This document shows positions 1-12,462 of a stretch of DNA of 64,000 bases, piece by piece. Within the stretch, counting starts at the first letter, position 1. Each line of letters begins with the position of its first letter. The position numbers were made by a program, and so were the translations under genes. Origin of the DNA: the human T2T-CHM13v2.0 reference genome, Homo sapiens. The stretch lies in assembly GCF_009914755.1 (NCBI RefSeq), contig NC_060926.1; one strand, written 5' to 3'. The notes under the pieces are model-generated. The model was not told the DNA's origin and did no database searches. It worked only from the letters and a program-made list of their open reading frames with translations.

Positions 1-81
1 TGTGCCCACTGCCTCCTTTTCTCCCTGCCTGAGCATTACAGGCTTCAGGATGTCGGCCCCGTGACTGATGAGTCGGTCAAT
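1..81 (-). CDS. ANKMY1: ANKMY1 coding exon 13, partial (IDRLISHGADILKPVMLRQGEKEAVGT...), runs off the window
   Basis: ccacAG|ATT acceptor at 83-82; open phase-0 frame to position 1; LISHGAD ankyrin-like motif. Confidence 0.88.
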   Translation of the reverse strand, partial: MDRLISHGADILKPVMLRQGEKEAVGT

Positions 82-499
82 CTGTGGAGAACAGAACCAG
101 GTCAAACACGCAAGGACATCCCGGCTACTGGGAGCAGCGGAAGCACCGCCTGAGAAGGGCCATGGTCACCTGCAGTCCCCACCAAGGCCGCCCTTGCAGT
201 GTGCGGGAATGCCCATGAGACAAACGGGGAGAGGGAGATGGAGACGGGGCTGACCTCAAGGACAAGGAGTTGGGGCTGAGCCTCGCCCTAATGATGTCAC
301 AGCGAAGTCAAGGCTAGGCCACGCCTCGGGGAGCCCTCCCTGGCACCCGACTCCCAGCACCATAGAATCGACAGAGTCTGTGACATCCATTACAGTCCTG
401 CTCCCCTCAGGCTGTCAGTGACATGAGGCAGACACCGGGCAGCTCTTGTTCTTCATCAGATCCCAACACGCCAGGGGGCATGTTGCTCAACAAGACAGC

Positions 500-860
500 G
501 AGTGCACGCGTATGCTTGTATGTAGATGTGTGTGGGGCGGGGGGCCAGTGTGTGTGCATGCATGGGTATGTGTATGTGTGTTCATGGGTGGCTGGGTGTG
601 TGCCTGCGTGTATGTGGGTGTGTGGATATGTGTGTGTGTGTGCAGGTGTGGGGCTAGTGGGTGAGCGTGTGTGGATATGTGCATGCATGTTCATAGGTGG
701 GTAGGTGTGCAGTATGTGTGCGTGCATGCGTGTCTGTGCATGAGTGGGGGCCAGTGTGTGTGCATGTATGAGTAAGGGCATGCATGTGTGTTTGTGAGTG
801 AGTGCAAGTATGCCTGACAAATGTGTGAATGCATGCACCTATGTGCATGTGTGCCTGACT
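500..860. repeat. Degenerate (TG)n/(TGCA)n low-complexity tract
   Basis: Visible tgtgtgcatg runs. Confidence 0.85.
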
Positions 861-2232
861 TGTGGCAAATATACCACAGCAATGGTCTCTGGCTCAATAG
901 GTACAACAATCCCATCCAAAGCAAATATCATCTAAAGAGGCTGCCCCACCTGACATGGGAGGAGGCAAGTTCTATCAGGGGGCCTGGCAGGCTCAGGGCA
1001 GCCTGTGTGAGTGGATGGAAACCAGGCCATCATCTGTGGAAGGCTCACTGCTGTGTGCGTGTGTGCCTTGCTAGCCAAGTGCAAGCACGGCCAGAAATCA
1101 GGGATACACAACTCCCCCAGTGAGATCCTCACACTCTGTGACATGCGTAACACACATTCCACGCAAACACTGGAGCCCTGCATTCTCAGCAACACATGAG
1201 CACAACGCCTCGGGCATGGCACCAGGCACAGTGCGGGACGGTGGAATGGCCAATGCCACCAACACTAGTGGCCAGCCTGGCCTGAACGGCTGACTCCCTG
1301 GCACGTGGGGGCATGGGTGGAGTTTATACAGATTCCTCAAGGCCAAGTGAGGCCAGGCAAGGCCTACGCCAGGCAGAGGAGGAGGCTGCTTTCCACTGCT
1401 CCTGAGGATGGAGCCAGCCAGATCCACCCATGAGACCCCCATCGTCTTCACTCTCCTTCCTGCGGAAGCCATGATAACTTGCCAAAAGTCCCATGAGTCG
1501 GTTCCCTGCTGGACATCCCTCCGAGGCCCCACCACCTCATCAAATCTTTTTCAGGAAAAGGTGGGCAGATGGTTGGTAAGCGAGGGCTGGGTACAGGCTG
1601 CCACAGGGGTGTGGTGATGGACAGGTGGGTGGATGATGGATCGACCTTTCCCTGCCCAATGTTGCTGGGGGACTTGCCAGCCCACCCCCACCCCCCAAGT
1701 CTTGTCTACGTAGGGCACCCAGGCCTCACTCAGTCCTGGCACCGGGACGGCTTCTCTGGACAGCTCTGCCAGGGCAGTGATGCAGCCGCCTACCCCACCC
1801 CACCCCCAGGCTCCCAGGACTGGCTACTCAGCAGCACCTGGGATTCACCTCTTAGTCTCACCCTGCTGGGCACCTTCTCCCCTCTGGCCCAACATCTCAG
1901 CAGAAGCCTCTGCCCAAACATCATTCCTGGGAACCTCTGCATCCCCACAGCTCCCACGTCTCCACAGACCCTTCCACACTGACCCCAACCCCTGGGAGTC
2001 ACTGGGGACAGCCAGCCCCAGCAGGGTATGCAGTGTGTGCTTTGGCCTGAGGCTTTCTCGCCCCAGGTCCCATGTCCTCACCCCTTCCTCCCCAACCACA
2101 GCCCCTCCCCATCTGCTGACCTGCCCGTCGCTCACCAGGAGTGTCTTCCCACCCTGGCCCTGGCTGCCCAGAGTGACCACCTCATCCACGGTGAGAACTG
2201 AGATACACTTTGCTGTCCCAGTGCTATACCAT

Positions 2233-2388
2233 TCACTCACCAACGCTCTCCTCCAGACCCTCCCCTCCCAAGCCCCCACATCTGAACTATGACATCACTG
2301 CATCCGCCCCTCACTCACCAACGCTCTCCTCCAGACCCTCCCCTCCCAAGCCCCCACATCTGAACTATGACATCATTGCCTCCGCCCT
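2233..2388. repeat. 78-bp direct tandem duplication
   Basis: tcactcaccaacgctctcctccagaccc...gacatca at 2233 and 2311. Confidence 0.9.
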
Positions 2389-3237
2389 ACACCCCCAGGC
2401 CCCCTGCCCCACCTCCACGGCCCAATGACCCCGTTCCCCTGCTGAGGCTCCCCAGGCATGCCCTCGGCTGCAGCTGGATGAGCTGGCCCCTCCATCCCCA
2501 GAGCCCGTCTCTCCAGTGGCCCTGTCCTCCACACCTCTTTAGACCCCAGCAGCATCAGCACACTCTAGAAACCAGCCCTGCCCAGGGGCTCTGCCTCTGA
2601 GACCACAAACCCTGCTGAACGGCACCGGGAGGGAAGGCTGGGACCTTTCCGGTAAGAGGAAGGGGCGGCCTGAGGCTGACCAGCCCAGCATGTGTCTCTG
2701 AGGAGTTTCTCAGGATCAGTGGGCTTGAACATGGATCTTTCAGTGGGATTTGCTCTGCTCTCAAATTAGGGAAATTTGGGGCCCCATATCTCAGCAGAGG
2801 CTGCCCAGTGAGAGGAGCTAGAAATGTTCGTGAGAAGAGGATTTTGTCCCCCTGGAGGGGACTTTCTGAAGGTCCCCTGGCTGATGAAAGCTCCTTTCTG
2901 CAGTGGCTTTTCTCCAGACACTGCTAACCCATGTTCTGGCAGCCCCTTCCTTGGCCGTTCAAAGACAAATGTGGAACCCATGCCTGGTGCTGCAGCCATC
3001 CAAATGGCGGGGCCCAGGGAGTCAGGGGGGCCCAGGGTCAAGGTTCGAGCTTCACGCGTTCATTTCTGGGACAATCTTTAGAAAGTTTAGTGTGAGAATA
3101 TTCAGGAGGCCTGGTGACCCCAGACCCTGAACAAGCTCCACCTCAGGCCTGTGCATCCCACAAGCTCACCATGGGCCGAGGCCAAGAACAGTAGCCAAGG
3201 AGAAAGGAGAAGAGGACTGAAAACGCCGAAGCCATGT

Positions 3238-3645
3238 GTGGTGGGTTCACCTGGGTCCCCTAAAAAGGTAAGTTGAAGTCCTAAACCCCGGGATCTGTGA
3301 ACGTGACTTTATTTGGACATAGGGTCGTTGCAGACGATCAAAGTAACATGAGGTCCTTAGGGTGGTACCTGGTCCAATATGACCATTGTCTTTTAAGAAG
3401 GGACTTTTGGCTGCAGAGACAGACATGCATGCAGGCAGAGCACCATGAGCTGAGGAGGGCAGAGGTGGCCACCAAGCCCCCAGAAGCCACAGCGAGGTCT
3501 GCACCAGGGTCACAACCCTGCAACACCTCGATCGCGGCCTCCATCCTCCAGGACCAGAGCCAGCTCACTTCTGTGGCTTCAGCCGCCCAGGCTATGGTCT
3601 GCTGCAGCAGCCACAGGAGTGCCCAGAGGAAGAGCCCCTGAAACA
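3238..3645 (+). mobile_element. MLT1-type MaLR LTR
   Basis: tgtggtgggt...gtcctaaacccc...gtgactttatttgga.atagggtc motif. Confidence 0.6.
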
Positions 3646-4200
3646 AGGTTCTGCCACAGCCTGAACAGCAAGACGTGGTGGGAGATGGAGGCTTCGCCAG
3701 GACCCAGGCAGCCCAGGCCTCTAGCAGAAGGGTCCTGCAGCACCATCATTTATGTATACCCCCAAGCCAGGGCACCCCTAGGGTTTCAGGGACTCTCTGG
3801 ACTCAGATCCCATGAAACCATCATAGAGAAAAGCACCAGATTCTCCAGGAGGCTACGGAAAAGTATTCGTGAAAGGTCCTAGCTGAAACTATAAAACTCT
3901 TAGAAGAAAACACAGGAAGAAGCTTCATGACGTTTCTTGGCTATGACACCAAAGGCAAAGGCAACAAAAGAAAAAATAGACAAGCTGGACTTCATGAAAA
4001 TTAAAAACTTTTGTATATCAAAATATTTATAAATTACATACCCGATAAGGGATTAACATCTAGAATAGATAGAAATGTCCTAAAACTCAATAATATTAAA
4101 AAAAAAGATTCAAAAATTGCCAAAGGAGTTGAATAGACATTTCTCCAAATAAGATATAGAAATGGCCAATAAGCACATGAAAAGATGTCCAACATCACTA

Positions 4201-4503
<303 letters not shown>

Positions 4504-4688
4504 CACACACACACACATACACACAATAAAATACCATCTCGCATCCATTAGGATGGCTACTATCAAAAAAACAGAAAATAACAAGTCTTGGTGATAGTCT
4601 GGAGTGACTGGAACTCTGTGCACTGTTGGTGAGAACATGAAACAGTGCAGCTGCCGTGGAAATAGTATGGAGGTTCTTCAAAACATTA

Positions 4689-5154
<466 letters not shown>

Positions 5155-5529
5155 TCAGGTACTCAGAAGTGGTGAGTCTAGGTGAGGGCTCAGGGTGTCC
5201 TTGTACTGCTTTCAACTTTTCTGTGAGTCTGAAAAGAATTAAAATTAGTAAATAAACAAACAGTAATGAAATAAAGAAGTCGAAGCCCAGTCAGCTGATT
5301 TCAGGTCTGGGGTGAGAATATACGTGGTATGTAGGGGTCACCTGGATGCCCCAGAAAGCCAGGCAGGAGTCAGGGCCAGGATCACAGCAAAGGACCAGGA
5401 ATCAGCTCACAGCACACAACAGTCAGAGATGAGACCATTTAAGGGAGGTTTAAAAAAAGGAGCCCTTCCCCTTCCTAAATATCCAGTGGAAGCAGACAGC
5501 ATGGTTAGGGTTGGCAGCACTACCAGGTT

Positions 5530-5695
5530 CCCTAACCCCGGATGAGGCACCGGGGAGCCTCCTAACCCCGGACAAGATGCTGGGGAGCCCCCTAACCCTG
5601 GACGAGGTGCTGGGGAGCCCCCAACCCTGGACAAGTCGCTGGGAAGCCCCCTAACCCCGGATGAGGCGCTGGGAGCCCCCAACCCCGGACGAAGG
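5530..5695. repeat. Minisatellite of about 30 bp, about 6 copies
   Basis: Unit ccctaaccccggatgaggcgctggggagcc. Confidence 0.85.
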
Positions 5696-6089
5696 ACTAT
5701 TCTGTATGTTCAAGGCACATTCAGCGTCCACACACAACAACGCTGCCCCCTGAGCTGCCTCTCCCGTCTCGCGTCCTTTCTCTATTTACTCAGACTTAGA
5801 TGAACAAGAGACTGGTCATCAATCCTGGGCCCTATGAAGCTCCGAAAGAACATTAGGGGGCCCCTCCCAGCCCCCAGGTCCAGAAATGGTGCCGACTACC
5901 CACACACACTGTTTCATTCCATCCTCTGCCGCCTATGGAAAACTGACTTCTGCGTCCTCACTTAGTCTATCCAGACAGAACAGGGTCTTAGGAAGAAGGA
6001 CAGGAGACTTAAAATCAGATCTGGAAACAGCATCTCAAGATAAGTCTCAGTTCTTTTAAGTAAAGCTACCCTTTTGTGACGTCAAACAA

Positions 6090-6175
6090 CCTTCCAGATG
6101 CCTGAGTCTCGCCCCTCCCCTTCCAAATGCCTGGGTCTCGCCCCCCATTCCAGACGCCTGAGTCTCACCCCCCTC
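6090..6175. repeat. Tandem repeat of about 28 bp, 3 copies
   Basis: ttccagatgcctgagtctcgcccc variants. Confidence 0.75.
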
Positions 6176-6789
6176 CTCCTTCCCCCTTTTTCTCCCTCAG
6201 ACAGGTAAGAACCAAAGTGTGTACCAAGATGGATTGAGGAAAGCAAGGTCGTGGGTGGTGCCCACAGCGGACACAGGAAGGGCTGGCATGGGCGGAGGGC
6301 AGCAGGCAGCAGGGCACAGAGGGAGGCCCTGCCTGAGCCAAAGCCACTGAGAGTTTCCCAGAGCCACATGGGAGGGACACTCCAGGGACGTGCCTAGGGC
6401 TCAGGACAGAAGGTGTCTCCAGCGCGGGCAGGATTTCCCGAGTGTGAGCTTCCACCTAAGAAAGCCGCTCCCTGTGGCCAGGAGACAATGCCCCAAACCC
6501 CCGCCCAGCAGCTGCGTGGACCACTGAGAAAGCCAGAATTGTGCAGCTGGACCAAGGTGAGGTCTATGTCTATCCTGAATCTTGTTTTCACCGAGACAAA
6601 TTTCAGGGAACTTTTTTGTCTGGTCTGCTGAGTGGATTTGCCACTTCATATTTTTTAAGGCCTGTAAAATACTAAAAGCAGACAATATTTTGTCCTTTCT
6701 CCACTATTTAGACCACCAAGGCTTGGAGAACACAGAACAAATGACCCACCGCCCGCCAGGAATGACAGCCAGGCAGAGAAGTCCATGAG

Positions 6790-7082
6790 GACCCCACCCC
6801 CAGACCCCACATTCCCCATGCTCAGGGCCAGCCCACCTCACACTCCTCCCTCCCCTCACCCAGGGCCACCCCAACCTCCCGCCCCCCCTCACCAGGGCTA
6901 CCCAGCCCTCACACCCCTGCCACCCAGGGCCACCCAGCCCTTATACCCCTCACCCAGGGCCACCCACTCCCCTCCCCGCTCATCAGGGCCACCCAGCCCT
7001 CACACCCCTCACTCAGGGCCACCCCACCACCCTCAAACCCCCTCACCAGGGCCACCCCAGCCTCCTGCCCCTCACCAGGGCC
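6790..7082. repeat. Degenerate minisatellite of about 30 bp overlapping the donor of ANKMY1 coding exon 12
   Basis: Unit cccctcacc(c)agggccaccc(c)agccctcaca, about 9 copies. Confidence 0.8.
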
Positions 7083-7207
7083 AGCTTGCTGTCCATGTTC
7101 CTCTGGTGCTCGTAGGTCAGGTCACAGGCAACACACAGGGCACTGCCCAAGCCTTTGGTCAGGGGCAGGTTGGGGTCAGCTCCCTGGGTCAGGAGCTCCT
7201 TCACAAC
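7076..7207 (-). CDS. ANKMY1: ANKMY1 coding exon 12 (VVKELLTQGADPNLPLTKGLGSALC...SKLAL)
   Basis: tcAG|GTT acceptor, CTG|GTGAGG donor; 132 nt. Confidence 0.93.
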
Positions 7208-8264
7208 CTGAACATACACAGACAGTCTCATCAGTGGCCACCATGTCACTTCCCCTGACAGAGGGGAAGGCCCCAGGGCTGGGCCACTCCAGAACTAACC
7301 CCTGAAAGCAGGGGCTTCACGGAGGCCACCGCTGGCCCTTCCCACGGATCCTACCCACAGTGGGTCCCGCTGCTGGCCTGTCCCACAGAGGATGATGCTG
7401 GGCGGGGAGGGGTCCCATGGCTGGTCTGTTAGGGAGGAGCTGGAACTCCACCCAGGTGGGCCAGTTCCAGCACTTTCTCTGTCCCCTGACAAAATGGGGA
7501 TTCTCCAGCGTGGTTCCCAGCTCCCACCTTGCTCTTCAGCCCCAGACAGAGCCAAGCCCAGGGGCCAGTCCCAGCACAGGGTTAGGAGCACATTTGCCTG
7601 GTGCCCAGGCTATCTGCCTCTGCACCGGGGCACCAGTGTCAATGTGACCACTCGGCCAGGCACAGAAAGAGGCACACCTCCCTTCTCCCTGCTGTGTGCC
7701 CAGCCGCCAGCTCAGATTCCACCCAGGAAGAAGGACAGCCGTGGCCAGACACGGGTCCTTAGTGTTTGGCTCTCACAAGCTTCTGCCCCTCAGAACAAAG
7801 CTCTCTTCCCTCCACACCCCTGCCTCTAACAGGGCCTAGCCCTGAGCAGGGGCCCCACATGACTTATTGAATGGATGACTCCGTGCAGGAGAGAAGAAAG
7901 CAGGGAGCAGAGGTGCTGGCCTCTGCAGAAGCACCTGGAAGCCCCATTCTACGTCAGCTTTCACAAATTCTATGAATGCCTTCAGCTTTTGCAGACCTCT
8001 GCTGAAATGTCACCTCATCTGAGAAGCATTTCATGCCACCCTGCTAAAGTAGCCTGCCTTCCCATCACTCTCCATCCCCTCACTAAGCTTTATTTTCTTC
8101 ATAATACTTGTCATTTCCTGAAACTGTGTTACATACTAGTTTATGGCCTGGCTCCTCCAACGAGAATATAGGATCCTTGAGAGCAGAGACTGTTTAATTC
8201 AACACCTAGTGCCTAGAATGGTGCCTGCCAGGTACGTAGCAGATGCTCAGTAAATAACAGTTAA

Positions 8265-8770
8265 ATGATAGATGGATGAATGAATGAATGAATGAATGAA
8301 TGGGTGGACGGTAGATCCTTCCAACTGGGTGAATGAAGGATGATGATGTCTAGGTAGGTGGGTGGGTGGGTGGATGGATGAATGGATGGATGGATGGATG
8401 GACAGACGGATGGGTGAATAGGTGAATGAATGGATGGGTGAACGGTTGAGTGGATAGGTAGTTGGGTTGATACATGAGTGACTGGTTAAAAGGATGGATG
8501 TATAGATGGATGGATGAGAGGATGAATAAGTGGGTGGGTAGTTGGGTGGAAGGATGGATGAATGGATGAGTGGAGGGTAGATGGATGGGTGAGTAGATGG
8601 ATAAGTGGATGAGAAGTTGGGTGGACAGGTGGATGGATGGATGGAAGAATGGGTGGATGGGTAGACAGGTGAGTGGAAGAGTGAGTGAATGGGTAGTTGG
8701 GTGGATAGATGGGTGGGTGAGTGGATGGGTGGATGGATGAATGGATGGATGGATGGATGGATAGATAAAT
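8265..8770. repeat. (GGAT/GGGT/GAAT)n simple repeat, following an L2-like remnant (about 7975-8280)
   Basis: Visible tetranucleotide runs. Confidence 0.9.
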
Positions 8771-8867
8771 GGCCAACAACTTCAAATCCCAATGACGGAC
8801 TGGTGGGGTGGGCACTGGAGACGGAAACACATAGGTGCACAGGTCTGTGGGTACAGAACATGCTCAC

Positions 8868-8975
8868 CAGCTCATTCCCACTGGCAATGGACAGGGAGAG
8901 CGGGGAGTGGCCACTCCACAGCAGGTTAGGATTTGCTCCGTGGGATAGAAGGAGCCGGACTATGTCCCTGGCACA
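8868..8975 (-). CDS. ANKMY1: ANKMY1 coding exon 11 (CARDIVRLLLSHGANPNLLWSGHSPLSLSIASGNEL)
   Basis: ccAG|TGT acceptor, CTG|GTGAGC donor; 108 nt; translated by hand; ankyrin motif. Confidence 0.93.
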
Positions 8976-9439
8976 CTGGGTGGGGAGAAATGACAGGTTA
9001 GAGAGGCACCCCCACCCATAAGCAGCACCTGATGGTAGTCATTAATTTAAATGCCATGAAATCAATGTAGTCACTCAACGGCTACTTCCTGCCAACCATT
9101 ACCTTGCCTGACACAAGGTGTTCAAAATTGTGGATGCATAGATGGATAGGTGAATGGGTTGGGAGGTGGATGGATCTTCAAATGGAGAAGATATTTTCTA
9201 AGCATTCATCACTTCCAAATGAAAAGTAGGAGGACATTGATGCATAAGTTGATTTAAAGTTTGTTTTCAGAGGACAAGGGACAGTCCAGACCACATGACC
9301 ACGTGGCAGGTCCTGGCATACAGCAGGTGTGACTGGAGGAGCACCTCCTCCACCAGGGCTCAGTGATCGTAGAGGACGGCCTGAGTGTAAAGAGCCCCAC
9401 CCTCGGCTGGTGGAGCACTCTCTGCACCAGGAGGGCAGC

Positions 9440-9885
9440 CCCGTCCATGCCTCCCTGCCCTCCTCCCCCATCCATGCCCTCCCTGCCTCCCTGACTCCTC
9501 CCCTGTCCCTGCCCTTTGTGCCTCCCTGTCCTCCTCCCCCGTCCCTGTCCTCCCTTCCTATCTCCCTGCTCTCCTTCCCCATTCTTGCCCTCCCTGCCTC
9601 CCTGCCCCCCTGCTTCCCTGCCTCCTTGCCCTTGTCTTCCCATCCTTGCCCTCCCTGCCCTCCTCCCCAATCCGTGCCCTCCCTGCCCTCCTCCCCCAGT
9701 CCTTGCCCTCCCTGCCCTCCTCCCTAGTCCGTGCCCTCCCTGCCTCCCTGCCCTCCTCCCTACATCCTTGCCCTTCCTGCCTCCCTGCCTCCTGCCCTCC
9801 TCCCCACATCCTTGCCCTTCCTGCCTCCCTGCCTCCTGCCCTCCTCCCCCGTCCCTGCCCTTCCCGCCTCCCTGACTCCTCCCTG
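9440..9885. repeat. Pyrimidine-rich (CCTCCCTG) degenerate repeat
   Basis: Repeated ccttgccctccctgccctcctcccc. Confidence 0.85.
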
Positions 9886-11380
9886 GGAACCCCTCTGTTT
9901 TCCTGTCCATTCTCTCATCCTTGCTCCCCTGTCAGAACGTCCCATTGTGCAATCCTCAGCTGCTCCCTTCTCTTCCTCCTCTTCTCCCAGAAGTGTTCAC
10001 TAGGACCTGACCTCTGCGACTCCTCCTCCCCCACTGCAGGGACTCTTCTCTGGCCCAGCTCCCTATCCCAGTGCTCTGCTGGGACTGTGCCCCTCAGATG
10101 CGGCAGACCCTGTGTCTGGCTGGCCCAACCACCATGCACACTCCCCTTTCCCGCAGTCTTGCTGGCCAGGCCAAGGAGGTGCCCACAGAAGTCTGCTGAG
10201 GGGCTCCTGGGAAAGGGACCCCTTTCCCCTCCCTTCTGGGATACAGATGTGATGGCTGGACTGCTGCAGCCGTCACGCCTGCAGCACTGAAGTTCCACCT
10301 GCCAGTCTGTCCTGTACCCAATGATAGTGTCACATTCAGTGTCTCCTTTTATTTCCCCACAACTTTCCCAATCTGTCATCAGGACACAAGTGTGCGAACA
10401 GAAAGCCCTGTGTTCACTGCCCAGGCCTCGTCCTTCACGGTGGGAGCCTTGACCAGCTGCCTTCCTGGAGCCTCACTGTTCATTCCTAACGTGAGTTCCT
10501 GCCACCCTTCAGGTGGTCTAGTCAGGGCAGAGCGCCTGGCCCCAAGAAGACCCAACAGACCTGCTCCTTCTCCCTACCCTCCAAGGAGGCTCTGACCAGA
10601 CAGGGATGTTCTGAAGCAGGGAGGCCTGTCAGTGCCCCCACCTCCCCACCTCCCTGTCTGCCCATCCCCATCCCAGTGTCACCCGCATGCCCACTAGCAC
10701 ACATGGCACTCCTGCACACTCATCCTCACGCTCATGTCAGGACCACACAAGTTACCACCTTGCTGAAGGCCCAGGATCATTAATTTCATTTGTAAGTGGG
10801 TAAACTGAGGCTCGGTGTGCCATGTGCTCCGTGGCCAACTGGCTTGGGCTGCATCTGCTGCCACACGGCAAAGCTGAGACTTGGCCTCAGTTTCCCCGCA
10901 TCCACCCCAGCCGCTGGGCATCCTCGGAGTGGTTCCCACACCCAATTTGGTAGGAATTAACCCTCGAGGCAGGCAGGAGGCAGCGGCCACAGGGCCAAAG
11001 GGGCACCGCCCAGGGCTCTGGAAGATAAGACCAACCCTGAGGTCCTGAGTCAGAGACACATGAGGATGACAGAGGAGGGTCAGCAGCACCAGACGGTCAC
11101 AGCCCAGGCCAGAGGCTCCCAAACACGTCTGACCAGGCCCTGTGGTAAGAAGTAGACTTCATGCCGCCACCCAGGCCCCGTGCGCAGGCGTGCGTGTGTG
11201 CATGTGAGTGGGAAATCCCGTCCTCCCGCCTTGCCTTGCTTCCCTCCCCATCCTTCCAAGCTCCCTGGCTTCTGCCTAAGACTCAGCATGAGAACACATG
11301 CTTCCGGGGGCACAAGGCCCTGGAAGGTGGCCCCACCGCTGGGCAGCCCTGTGCCCCCGCCAGGCCCTGGCTGCCCTCAC

Positions 11381-11521
11381 CTTGTTGTCATCCTCCCGCT
11401 CGCAGGCCATGTGCAGAGCCGTCCTGCCCCCCTCCTCCGGGAGGGCTGTGTCTGTGCTGTAGTAGGCTTGGGGAGGGCCTGGCTCATTGCTGAGCTTCAG
11501 ACTTGAGGGCAGCAGGTCCAG
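11381..11521 (-). CDS. ANKMY1: ANKMY1 coding exon 10 ([15 protein letters not shown]...[17 protein letters not shown])
   Basis: acAG|CTG acceptor, AAG|GTGAGG donor; 141 nt; GRTALH ankyrin motif. Confidence 0.94.
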
Positions 11522-12321
11522 CTGTGTAAAACGGAGGGCTCCGCCAGCGCCCACGGACCTGCCGTGTGCCCACGGGAAGGCAAACGGAGCAAGGGAGCTT
11601 CCTCCCCAGCCTGCGGGTCTGGAGTCTCACCCTGCGAAACCCTCTTGAAGGCGGATGCCTGACTTTGTTCGAGCCTCTCCCTGCATGCCTGTCTCTGAGA
11701 CACCCCAACATCCACAGAGGTCAGAGCCATTCTGTGCCCTCCCCTCCCACGTCCCCCACGCAGTGGGTGAGCTGCGCACACCATGTCCAGCATGTTCGTG
11801 CGCTCAATGGCTCCTGCTGTGTGCTGGCGACTGAAAGCCTCAGAGCTCCTGCCCTCAAGGGGCTCAACCCCTTGTGGAGGAAGGAAGACATGGCCTTGCG
11901 GCCCATGACTGGGGGTCTTTTGGAGCTTGGCAGGGCCTGGTGGGACAGGATGGCTTCGGCCTGGAGGAGGCCCTGGGGACATGGAACTGGCCTCTGTCTG
12001 CAATTATGAACCTTCGGAAAGGCGTGAGATGGAGTTACCTGCAAAAGGTCCGCATGGGGACCCCCACGCCCTGTGGACTGCCTGAATAATCAAGTTCTTA
12101 ACTCATTCCAATCAACAATTTTTGCCTCTTGATATCAAAACAAGCCCACTGGCTAAGGTTCTCATCTGGATGGGTTGTTTCTATGCAGGATTTCCACTGC
12201 CCAGGCCCCAAGCCAGGAGGCCCATCATGCTCGGCAAGCACAGGCTAGGCAGAGTGTGTGAATCCATCCAGGCACACCTGGCCAAGGCCCCATACCCCTA
12301 CCCAGGTCGCGAGGCACACAC

Positions 12322-12462
12322 CTTGCCGGGCTTGTAAGTGTCGTCCTCGTCGGATGCCTTGGCGTCCACATCGGTGATGGCATGCAACAGCAGCTCCACA
12401 ATCTGTACCCCCTCCTCCCCAGGAAGGGCGGCAGCGATGTGGAGTGGTGTCAGGGTGCTCAG
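12322..12462 (-). CDS. ANKMY1: ANKMY1 coding exon 9 (LSTLTPLHIAAALPGEEGVQIVELLLHAITDVDA...PGK)
   Basis: gcAG|CTG acceptor, AAG|GTGTGT donor; 141 nt; ankyrin TPLH motif. Translated by hand; this frame is not in the ORF track. Confidence 0.93.

Noticed and set aside
407-924. Cluster of His/Thr- or Cys/Val-rich ORFs
   Set aside because: Translations of a (TG)n low-complexity tract. The same applies at 8247-9021, 20170-20575 and 26505-27983.
5530-5695. Interstitial telomeric sequence
   Set aside because: No tandem (CCCTAA)n; only one word per 30-bp unit
9178-10290. Pro-rich and Gly/Arg-rich ORFs up to 218 aa
   Set aside because: Products of a C-rich repeat that lacks stop codons; no domain or splice support
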